Of a stretch of 64,000 nucleotides of DNA, positions 20,728-29,349 are shown piece by piece. The notes beneath the pieces were generated by a model, which was given only the letters and a program-made list of their open reading frames with translations, had not been told where the DNA came from and ran no database searches. Every line of letters begins with the position of its first letter. The stretch's first letter is position 1. Origin of the DNA: Desulfobacterales bacterium (GTDB lineage: Bacteria; Desulfobacterota; Desulfobacteria; Desulfobacterales; UBA5852); NCBI GenBank assembly GCA_963674755.2, contig CAXXVS010000002.1, positions 1,632,001 to 1,696,000 on the forward strand, written 5' to 3'. The position numbers and the translations under genes are program-made.

Positions 20728-20746
20728 TAACGACGCTAAGCCCCTG

Positions 20747-21613
20747 CTATCCTTCAATTTCATCAGCCATTGCGTTGAATTGATCTATAAGCTTATTCCA
20801 TTCTTTATTCAACGCTATTTTAAATATGGATTGAATCGCATTTAAAATTATTATCATAAGATCCGCAGATGAAAATAACAATAGATCAACGCCCTTCGTT
20901 TCCGGCCCCCAAAGTATCTCTTCAATCAAATTATCATCGTCAATTTTGAAGTAATGTTCAAGATCCCTTGTGCTTGAATGAATAGTATCACTCAATAAAA
21001 CATATTGAGAATCATAATAGGAAAGCATTCCTGCCGCTTCGGCTTTATCTTTAATAAATAGTTTTTTTATTTTTAATTCCTTAATTTGTTCGCTAATATC
21101 GTCAATATCTATATTAATTTCATCAACCGTTTTACCTTCAATTTTAACGCCCCTCTCATGGTTAAATAAGACGGCTTTCAAGGCGGACCTTCGATGGAAA
21201 TAGTCTTGACATATTAGTTGTTCAATAAAATTTTCATTCTTGGCTACTGCAACAAGATTAAAAGCGATTTCTGAAAGGCATCTCAAAATTGTACGTACTT
21301 CAAAAACCATCCCTTTTTCGGCTAACAAAATTATGCCTTGAAAATTGCTTAAAGCCCTTGTAAGATATCCAGCCGAAATATATTTTTTAGCTAACGCAAG
21401 TTGCCTTTTTTTTCTTTCTATTTCAAAATCGGGGCTGTCTATAATATCTTTTACTTCAATATCGCGTTCAATATGAAGATCCAGCATTTTGGACAAGCCG
21501 AAGCGATTTAGTTTCTCGCATAAAGAGAACCAATGTCTGTGATCATCTAAAATTTGCTTTGCAAATTTATGGATTTCAAATGAAAGGAAACCGTCTTGAT
21601 TTATATCACCCAT
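20747..21613 (-). CDS. AT-rich hypothetical protein (DUF5677-like)
   Basis: 288 aa; RTILRCLSE and YVLLSDTIHS motifs; clearly lower GC than flanks. Confidence 0.75.
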   Translation of the reverse strand: MGDINQDGFLSFEIHKFAKQILDDHRHWFSLCEKLNRFGLSKMLDLHIERDIEVKDIIDSPDFEIERKKRQLALAKKYISAGYLTRALSNFQGIILLAEKGMVFEVRTILRCLSEIAFNLVAVAKNENFIEQLICQDYFHRRSALKAVLFNHERGVKIEGKTVDEINIDIDDISEQIKELKIKKLFIKDKAEAAGMLSYYDSQYVLLSDTIHSSTRDLEHYFKIDDDNLIEEILWGPETKGVDLLLFSSADLMIIILNAIQSIFKIALNKEWNKLIDQFNAMADEIEG

Positions 21614-21683
21614 AATAGTCCTCTATTTGATTATGAACTATGAGTACCTAATGCCATTATTGGGAAAAGCGTGCAATAGAAAG

Positions 21684-21723
21684 GAAAACGGGGACGATGC
21701 CGAAAAGTGGCGTCCCCGTTTTC
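21684..21723. repeat. Mini-palindrome built from the GGGGACG/CGTCCCC terminal motif
   Basis: GAAAACGGGGACG-14 nt-CGTCCCCGTTTTC. Confidence 0.7.
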
Positions 21724-21834
21724 AATCCGCCTGCATTATGCATCAAGGCACCGGCATACAGGCGTCCCTCCCGAAGCGCTCCAAACTGCGTTCAATATCT
21801 TCAAGCCGCTGGATGACTGTATAAGCCAAGGACA

Positions 21835-21884
21835 GGATTGATCTGACATTATGTTGGTTTGTACACTTTGTCAACAACGTCCCC
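21835..21884 (-). mobile_element. Isolated right end of the Y1 element (no coding part)
   Basis: GGATTGATCTGACATTATGTTGGTTTGTACACTTTGTCAACAACGTCCCC, near-identical to 22179-22228. Confidence 0.85.
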
Positions 21885-21988
21885 TAACTGTCCCCAGGTA
21901 TTTTGTTATGGGATACTTTTCGGTTATTTAAAAATTGTCTTTTAGGATTAGCCTTTGTTTATATATGAATGGACGTCCCTGCCCCCTC

Positions 21989-22228
21989 CCCAGGCACAGA
22001 CCGCGGTGCGGGTTTCCGAAGCCAGATTGCCAAGGCGATCCAGGAATCGTTCCCGATCCTGATCTTCATCCACAATGCGACGTCTTTCGATACCCCGAAT
22101 AATCGCATGGTGAAGGGTTCCGGGGGCATCCAGGCGAGGGCCGCGGGGCATGGTTGACTCCTGATAGATCAATTTATGGGATTGATCTGACACTATGTTG
22201 GTTTGTACACTTTGTCAACAACGTCCCC
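21989..22228 (-). mobile_element. One-ended derivative: right end plus first ~54 codons of the Y1 transposase
   Basis: Translates MPRGPRLDAPGTLHHAIIRG...TAVCAW then breaks. Confidence 0.9.
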
Positions 22229-22234
22229 TAACTG

Positions 22235-22498
22235 TCGGTTCTGCTTGGCCCCCCGCAGTTCCTCCCCTTCGATGAGGAGGATCGGTTTCGACCCCTCGTT
22301 GGTCAGCTTCAACCGGTTGACGTTTCCCGCGTCGTCGACTTCCGTGACCGTCAACACCCCGCTCTCGATGGCCTGCTCCAGGGTCAGGTAGTAGGGCTCG
22401 ACGCCGTTGGCATGCAACACCGGGAACACGGTCAAATTGCGGCAGGTCTGTTTTTTACCAACTTCACAGCCGTTCAAAAAGGAAAGAATGGATTTCAT
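22235..22498 (-). pseudogene. Truncated ARPP-1/DUF6569-like gene
   Basis: NLTVFPV..YLTLEQA..LLIEGEELRGAKQNR then runs straight into the element end; AGGAGG RBS. Confidence 0.75.
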
Positions 22499-22650
22499 CG
22501 TGTCGGCCTCCTGGTTGAGTGTTATGGGTGGAGGCTAACATTTCAGTTTGTCAGATAAGGACAGATACTGAGTGGCTGTAGACCGCTTGATAATATACCA
22601 GATATGACATATTATCGCATAGAAATAAAACCATCTGACAAACTCGAATT

Positions 22651-22959
22651 ATGGACAAGAATAAAAAACGACAACTTGAATCCAAGGGTTACCGGGTCGG
22701 AGACACCAAGGACTTCCTTGGGCTCAGCCAGGAACAATCCACCTACATCGAAATGAAATTGGCCCTGAGCCAAGCCCTGGCCCGGAAACGCAAACAGCGC
22801 CGTTTGACGCAATTGGAACTGGCCCGGAAGCTCAATTCCAGCCAGTCCAGGATCGCCAAGATGGAAAAGGGGGATCCCACCGTATCCGTGGACCTTCTTG
22901 TCAAAGCGCTTTTGGCCATGGGCGCCACCAAAAAAAGCATAGCTAAAACCATCGGCTGA
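22651..22959 (+). CDS. XRE-family HTH protein (HigA-like antitoxin), no intact toxin partner
   Basis: LTQLELARKLNSSQSRIAKMEKGDPTVSVDLL. Confidence 0.85.
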   Translation: MDKNKKRQLESKGYRVGDTKDFLGLSQEQSTYIEMKLALSQALARKRKQRRLTQLELARKLNSSQSRIAKMEKGDPTVSVDLLVKALLAMGATKKSIAKTIG

Positions 22960-23082
22960 GGCAACAGCATCGCCTTTTCCGCTTTACGCAAAACTAACCT
23001 ACCCTGTCCTTGAGTATTGTTTTGAAACATCGACCAAAAAAACTCAAGCTTCTGCCTTTGTGATCCCAAGGACACACAGCTA

Positions 23083-24933
23083 TTAATCATTGACCAGCAA
23101 TAACGGTATCCATGGCATGGCGCCCTGACCCATTACCATCCCTTGACTTGCAAGCGTTGATATTTCTCCATCAGTGAGGACGCGATTATATATGCGAACT
23201 TCATCAATCTTGCCTATGAAATGCCCGAAGTGGCTCGCTATTTCACCATACCCGATTTTCAGGGGACTGTCGTTCGTCACGATGTCTGTGTCCCCTACTG
23301 TTGATCGCGTATTGATCAATTTACCATTGCGATAGATCTTTTGTACATGTCCTTCATGGTCATAAACACCGACGATATGGTACCATTTGTTTAATGCGTT
23401 TACATCCGATGTGCGGACACCTTCAATCACGCCGCCCGACATCGACCAGTCCCTGACAGCGAAATCAGTGCTGTGGCAAAAATCTAATTCGTAGTTTCTC
23501 CCACCCCCGTAAAAATCATTATTCGACTTTGATAAAATATGGCTGCATGTGTTTGTCTCATATCCAGTGGGGTAGGCCCAGGCTGATATAGTGAACGAGT
23601 CTTCTAATTTCAGTGTATCGGTGCTGGGGATAACGATCTCGTCATCGAGCCCGTCAAACATTGCGCATTGCCCGATTACGCCTTCGCCAAAGGTAACGCC
23701 GTTTTCTATAGCGCCATTGTTGTCATTGTCGGTGGCGTCCAGGGCATCCCCGTCCATTGGATAATGGGCGACCAGTCCGAAATTGAGGTCACCAGCCAAA
23801 TTTATCGTGGTTAACTCCCAAATAAATTCGGTTTCATAACAGGTGACATCGCCGTGCGGGGGGTATTCCCTGTCATTAATGATGGCCTTGATAATGCCGA
23901 TGTCCGGATTCGTCCAATACGTGTCCGTATTAATTCCCTCTTCCCCATCGTCCTGCTCGTAATGATAGACCACCTGAAATTTCACGCAGGGAAAAGTGCC
24001 CGCTGGCACATCGACGCTTTCATTGCTTAAATAGGTGATGTGGGCATCAATATCGTAGGTGCCCAGGGGCCTGTCGGACTCGTCATAGTCTCCATCGCCC
24101 AGGTACAAATCACTGGCGCTGTCGTCCAACACTAACGGGATAAGTTCCAAGGGATTATTGTTGATGGCCGTTAAAACATCGTCGCCGTCGTCCTCGTGCG
24201 CCAGTTCGACAACCTGCTGAATCGCGCTGGGCGATAAATGCCAAGAAAATTCTTCCGACAGACTTCCCAAGTCAGGGACGTCGGTCTGTAGATGGAACAC
24301 CGTGCATTCGTAATCATCTGGTATTTGAACAATTTTTCTTTCCTTAGCCTCCAAAACGATGGTTCCCGTATAAAGCACGTTTTCAGCATGTTCGAAATTG
24401 CCGTAAAGATAACCCCACTGAAGGGAAACCTGATCGCCATTTGCATCGATAATAGCGGTGATTGCATATCGTCCCTCTTTGGTTTTAAACCATCGCGCGC
24501 CGCCGCCTCTGTAGTCCCACGTATCGTTAAAGACAGTCCCTTCAGAGCGCCAGTCGGAAGGCGGCGGTAGAAATGTTTGGGTCCCGAAATAATCGCCTAT
24601 CGGTCCGTAAACGCTTGAAATGCCCGTTTCCGAGAAGGAATCGACGTAAACCCCTTGGCTGTTGCCGGTGAAGGCGATGTCGCCATCTTCCATATCGACA
24701 ATTTTGCCCGACGAAAAATCAAAGCCGGATCCCACTGGGACGATTGTCACTTGAAGATCATCACGGTCTACATTCTCGAACATCGAATACGTAACGTCAT
24801 ATTCCCACCGATTGCCGATATTGAAAAACGCTTCCTTGAATAACTGATGTTCTGCAGCGTTAGCATTTGAAACAAAAAACAGCGAACACAATAGAAGTAT
24901 TATCAGAAAACCTCTTCTCTTTTCCGATCTCAT
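23083..24933 (-). CDS. Secreted acidic protein with C-terminal LamG-like domain and AMPWIPLLL tail
   Basis: Signal peptide ending ANA-A; GLVAHYPMDG, WYHIVGVYD, GKIDEVRIYNRVLT. Confidence 0.85.
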   Translation of the reverse strand: MRSEKRRGFLIILLLCSLFFVSNANAAEHQLFKEAFFNIGNRWEYDVTYSMFENVDRDDLQVTIVPVGSGFDFSSGKIVDMEDGDIAFTGNSQGVYVDSFSETGISSVYGPIGDYFGTQTFLPPPSDWRSEGTVFNDTWDYRGGGARWFKTKEGRYAITAIIDANGDQVSLQWGYLYGNFEHAENVLYTGTIVLEAKERKIVQIPDDYECTVFHLQTDVPDLGSLSEEFSWHLSPSAIQQVVELAHEDDGDDVLTAINNNPLELIPLVLDDSASDLYLGDGDYDESDRPLGTYDIDAHITYLSNESVDVPAGTFPCVKFQVVYHYEQDDGEEGINTDTYWTNPDIGIIKAIINDREYPPHGDVTCYETEFIWELTTINLAGDLNFGLVAHYPMDGDALDATDNDNNGAIENGVTFGEGVIGQCAMFDGLDDEIVIPSTDTLKLEDSFTISAWAYPTGYETNTCSHILSKSNNDFYGGGRNYELDFCHSTDFAVRDWSMSGGVIEGVRTSDVNALNKWYHIVGVYDHEGHVQKIYRNGKLINTRSTVGDTDIVTNDSPLKIGYGEIASHFGHFIGKIDEVRIYNRVLTDGEISTLASQGMVMGQGAMPWIPLLLVND

Positions 24934-25017
24934 TATTCTTCTCCTTCCCATCGCTTGAGATCATTATTACTGGAACACAAAACACCTTTTCTGCATATTG
25001 TCGCTGTAATTATAAGA

Positions 25018-25829
25018 TTACTCCACAAGAAGCAGCGGGATCCACGGCATTGCCTTTAATTCAGATGTCTCGTCCTTGATATTTGGATCTCCTTCGCCCG
25101 CATCCACTTGGCCGTTCCGATTAAGGTCTTCATCACCATCGGAGACTCCATCGCCGTCAGTGTCTGCCAAAAGTGGATTCGTTGTGGTAGAAGAATCCGC
25201 ATCCGGGACAAAAACCGCCAAGTCTGTATCCGACCCCACATCGGCCTCGGTCAGGCCGCTCTCGGTCCATCCTAGATGCCGTCGTTATCGGTGTCAGGAT
25301 CGCAGGGGTCGGTTTCGCCCGCATCAAGCACACCGTTGTGATTGGCGTCTTCCACCCCGTCCAGGATGCCGTCGTCGTCCGTGTCGGCATCGTTGGGATC
25401 TGTGCAGCCGGATTCCTCCAAAGAATCCTGTAAACCGTCGTTATCTGAATCCTGAATTTCGGAGGCTTGGAGAAAAAGACTGTGCTCGGATCCCGCTGCT
25501 ACCTGGGAAACATCGCTGGCGACCTGTACGGGCGTGATGCGATCGGTGCTCGTGCCGTCGCCTAGTTGGCCAGATTCATTATAGCCCATGGCCCAGAGCG
25601 TGCCGTCGGTCTTTACAAACAGGCTGTGAACGGGTCCCGCAGCCACCTGAGAAATATCTGTGGCGACCTGAATGGGTGTGATGCGTTCGGTGGTCGTGCC
25701 GTCGCCGAGCTGGCCATAGGAATTAGCGCCCATCGCCATAAGCGAGTCCGCTCTTGAACTTATTGGAATTATGGCCACCAGAAGAGCGAAGGAGGTAATC
25801 ATGAAAAACGATAATTTGGTCCTTCTCAT
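25018..25829 (-). pseudogene. Secreted RCC1-repeat / DxDxDG-repeat protein, interrupted by a stop and a 1-nt deletion
   Basis: GxNxxGQLGDG and HSLF repeats; DTDDDG repeats; TAG at 25272-25274 and frameshift near 25267; distal frame ends AMPWIPLLLVE. Confidence 0.8.
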
Positions 25830-25868
25830 GATTAACTTCGGAATTGGGAAACAGGTCATATCGGTCTC

Positions 25869-26234
25869 CTAAAGCCAGCTGATGTTGTTAAGAGGACATC
25901 CGCTAGATCGAATTTCATCGGCTTTTTTGGGGTTACGAAAATCCGCCACGACGTCGGCTTCGCACCGCGCAAAATTCAGCCGACCGCTGCGCATGTGCGC
26001 CTGCAGATAAATCGGGTACCCGTGGCCCGATACTAGATCGACCGCGTACCAGGTCGCAGTGCCGCAATACTCGACATTATGAACCTCATCGAATCCAGGA
26101 AATAGATCGGCAGAATATTGATCGACGGCCGAAACCATCTCGATGCAGGTAAGATCGGCGGCTTGGGAGGAAGGGATTAAAAGCGTTACGGCAAGGACGA
26201 CCAGAAAACACCACAGCCCCATTCGGTTTGGCAT
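25869..26234 (-). CDS. Small secreted hypothetical protein (possibly a remnant)
   Basis: GGAG RBS, signal peptide ending SQA-A. Confidence 0.5.
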   Translation of the reverse strand: MPNRMGLWCFLVVLAVTLLIPSSQAADLTCIEMVSAVDQYSADLFPGFDEVHNVEYCGTATWYAVDLVSGHGYPIYLQAHMRSGRLNFARCEADVVADFRNPKKADEIRSSGCPLNNISWL

Positions 26235-26984
26235 TGCGATCTCCAGGTGAATTCAGAAGAGAATGAAAAAGGAACGATGTCTGTATGGATATTCGACACT
26301 TGTGTAATCCGGCCGATGAAAGGGATGTTTTGTTGGGAGAAAAGAAAGTGGGATTCGGCACGGGCGGAGTCCGAATTACATACAGTCCATATGATGGTTC
26401 GACGCTCCATGACCGACCCTATTGTGGTTTCACAATTTATTTATCTGGATACCGCAGCCATAGATATACGGATAAGCCAATAAGGTTGTAATTTCAGCCG
26501 GCAGTGAACCATTGCGGTTCAGGGAAGGGATCAGAAGTATAATACGTGCAAAAAACAAGCCGTAATTATAGGCACTTATTGATTAGGTAATTTGTAAATA
26601 ACCGCAGATAGATTAGGTTACTCGAAATATTTATGCGACGTCTAATTATGAAACCGGGTTCATAATCCTTGTCCTGATAATGGGAATTCAAATACCCATA
26701 TTGAAATTGTCTACTTGCCGTTATTGCCTGGCGCGGGGGGACTACCTAAAGCCGAGCCTGCTGTTGGATTCTTAACAGCCTGGATGAGTTTTACATGCTG
26801 ATAGGTTTAGCCGAAGCCGACGGACAGCAAAAGAATGGCAGACAAAACTACAAAGTCAATAAGTAGGAACACTTCCTGATATATCACCTGTGATGAGTTC
26901 CAGCCCCTGCTACAATCAGAACTGAAAACCCTCTTGGCCCTCAAACGGATGATTGTCCCCTGATTCACCAAGCCGGGAGTGCCC

Positions 26985-28199
26985 CTACCGGCGAACGCAA
27001 ACCGTTATTGCCGTCTCTCCTTTCCTGTAAACCCAAGACGACAACACCGTCACCGAGATGATCATCAGCCCGGACAGACTCAGCAGCAGGTGACTGTTGC
27101 AATATTCCAGCAGGAATCCGTACACCAGCATGGCAAAGGGGATGGAAAAGTTGCCCACGGAGCTGACCACCCCGAACACCCGGCCGGTCATCTCCGGCGC
27201 GGTATCGGCCTGGATCAGGGATTGGAAGCTGGTGGCCGCCAGGATGATGGACGCGCTCACCAGGAGGAACAGCACGAGGTAAGGGATCAGGTAGGCTGCG
27301 GTGATTTCGGAAAGGCCGATCAAGGACAGGAATAGCCCGATCAGGGCCACCGCCACAAACAACATGGAGGCTTCCCGGCTGCGGATGCTGAAAAAGCTCA
27401 GCACCAGCGCCATAATCACCGCCCCGGCTCCGAAAGCGGTCTGGATATAGCCCATGTTCGCAGGCCCGCTGCCGGGGAGGAGGTCGGCGATCACCGGGAT
27501 GGCCACTTCGATGGAGCCTACGAAGAAGTGGATCACGAACACCATGAACAGGATAACCAGCAGTTTGCGGTCCGCATAAATGGTCCGGTAGCCTTCCTTG
27601 AAGGCCGCAACGAAACTTTCATGGGCCTCTGTTTTGACGGACGGAATGTTGAGAAAGCACTCAAAGAAGGCCGATGCAAAATAGGAGGCGGCATTCAGGG
27701 CGAACACGATAAAGTAGCCGTAAATCGATACCAGGATGCCGCCCAACGCCGGGCCGGCGATATTGGCGAAACCCGACACGAACTGGGTTTTGGCGTTGGC
27801 TTTGGACAGCTCGGCCTTGGGCACGATCATGGGGATCACGGACGGGATAGCCGGGTTGAAAAAGGCCGAATTGAGACCCAGGAGCACCTGGGAGGCCAGG
27901 ATCAGACCGAAGGTCAAGGCGCCTCGAAGGTAGAGGAAGGATACGACGGATACGATGACCCCGCGCAGGATGTCCGTAACGATGATGACGGCCTTGCGGT
28001 CCACCCGGTCCACCACGACCCCGGAAAAGAGCCCGGCCGCCACGAGGGGCAGCATGCCGGCAAAGAGCACCACCCCCATCCTGGCCGCCGACCCCGTGGT
28101 TTCGAGCACCATGAAAGACAGGGCCAGCATGTAGAATTTGTCCCCGGTCTGGGAAACGAGCTGGCCGGAAAGCAGAAGGTTGAGATTTATATTGCGCAC
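26985..28199 (-). CDS. MFS transporter (DHA3/macrolide efflux-like)
   Basis: GVVVDRVDRK motif A; multiple hydrophobic segments; GTG start. Confidence 0.9.
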   Translation of the reverse strand: MRNINLNLLLSGQLVSQTGDKFYMLALSFMVLETTGSAARMGVVLFAGMLPLVAAGLFSGVVVDRVDRKAVIIVTDILRGVIVSVVSFLYLRGALTFGLILASQVLLGLNSAFFNPAIPSVIPMIVPKAELSKANAKTQFVSGFANIAGPALGGILVSIYGYFIVFALNAASYFASAFFECFLNIPSVKTEAHESFVAAFKEGYRTIYADRKLLVILFMVFVIHFFVGSIEVAIPVIADLLPGSGPANMGYIQTAFGAGAVIMALVLSFFSIRSREASMLFVAVALIGLFLSLIGLSEITAAYLIPYLVLFLLVSASIILAATSFQSLIQADTAPEMTGRVFGVVSSVGNFSIPFAMLVYGFLLEYCNSHLLLSLSGLMIISVTVLSSWVYRKGETAITVCVRR

Positions 28200-28308
28200 C
28201 GATTCTTCCTTGTTTGGTTTTAGTGAGGCCTCTCCGAATGGCAGTTAGCTTCAGGAATATCCCTCGAAAGCGGCTTATGGACGGTTTTAAGATTTTGCTT
28301 TTGAATTT

Positions 28309-28476
28309 CCCTTTGTCCCGCGCCGAGCATCGGCGGGACGGCCGGATTAAAGCGCGCGGACTGTCTGAGCGAAGCGAGTTTCCGCGTGCTCCGGCCGTCG
28401 CGACGACGCGCAGGGTTAAGCGGGGCACGGGCGTTTTCTTTTGCTTCTGTTTTCTTGCACGTGCAAGAAAATGAAG
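28309..28476 (+). repeat. Structured intergenic repeat, copy B (no nested hairpin)
   Basis: Same architecture as 2306-2503. Confidence 0.9.
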
Positions 28477-28632
28477 AAATCATTTATGGAAATGTGCCCC
28501 AGACAGTAAAGCCTCTTTAAATCCTCCTCCAGCAGTTGATGCTTTATCAGAACTTTTTTTATGCCCTTCGTTTTAAATTGTCCGCATCCCTAAACTGTGA
28601 ACCCATAAACAGGTCAACACCTTCATTTTGTC

Positions 28633-28688
28633 TTGACACCGCCTTAATACACCCGTATTAATACACATGTTTTAATACAAACGTATTA
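28633..28688 (+). promoter_or_regulatory. Promoter with three overlapping palindromic operators
   Basis: TTGACA at 28633, TATTAA 17 nt later; TAATAC-N4-GT(A/T)TTA at 28645, 28659 and 28673. Confidence 0.75.
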
Positions 28689-28718
28689 TTGTTTTACCCT
28701 TTTCAAGGAGGCCCCACC

Positions 28719-29348
28719 ATGCCCCTGGAAGATGACGGCTCGACACGCAACAAGCTCCTAATGGCCGCGATCCGCATATTTGCGCAAAACGGGTACAAGG
28801 AAACCACCGTCCGCCAAATCTGCAAGCAGGCCGGCTCCTCGAACATCAACAGCATCAACTACTATTTCGGCGGCAAGGAAGCGCTCTACCGGGAGATCCT
28901 GGAGCTTGTCTTCAGGGAATACGACCTCAGGAAAGATCCGGATTTCGCCTCCAAAACGCCGGAGGAGCGCCTGCGAATCTTTATCGAAACCCATTGCGAA
29001 ATGCTCTACCGCGAGGGGGAGTTCGCATCCGACCTCACCGCCATCTTCATGGCCGAGATGCTGAAGCCGTCACCGTTCCTGACGGAGCTCGTGGATCGCT
29101 ACAACCGCCCGCGGGTCAAGCAGCATCTGGCCATGATCCGCGCAATCATCGGGGACGACAAACCGGAAGCGACCGTTCGTAGCTGCCTCGTCAGCATCGC
29201 CGGCCAGATATTGTACTACAGTTTTGCCTGGCCGGTTTACGCCCGGCTTTTCCCGAGCGACAAGACCGTGCCGGATCATCAAAAGCTGGCCGACCACATT
29301 TACCGGTTTTCAATGGGCGGCCTGACAGCCGTCAAAGGAAAGAAATGA
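28719..29348 (+). CDS. TetR family regulator (CecR/CerR-type)
   Basis: TTVRQICKQAG..INYYFGGKEALY; SIAGQIL; AGGAGG RBS. Confidence 0.9.
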   Translation: MPLEDDGSTRNKLLMAAIRIFAQNGYKETTVRQICKQAGSSNINSINYYFGGKEALYREILELVFREYDLRKDPDFASKTPEERLRIFIETHCEMLYREGEFASDLTAIFMAEMLKPSPFLTELVDRYNRPRVKQHLAMIRAIIGDDKPEATVRSCLVSIAGQILYYSFAWPVYARLFPSDKTVPDHQKLADHIYRFSMGGLTAVKGKK

Positions 29349-29349
29349 G

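Noticed and set aside
12117..22228. CRISPR interpretation of the recurring 17-mer
   Set aside because: Spacing is irregular (hundreds to thousands of bp), both orientations occur, copies are attached to transposase fragments, and no cas genes are present
25272..25274. Pyrrolysine read-through of the in-frame TAG
   Set aside because: A frameshift follows within a few bases and the context fits a CAG-to-TAG change
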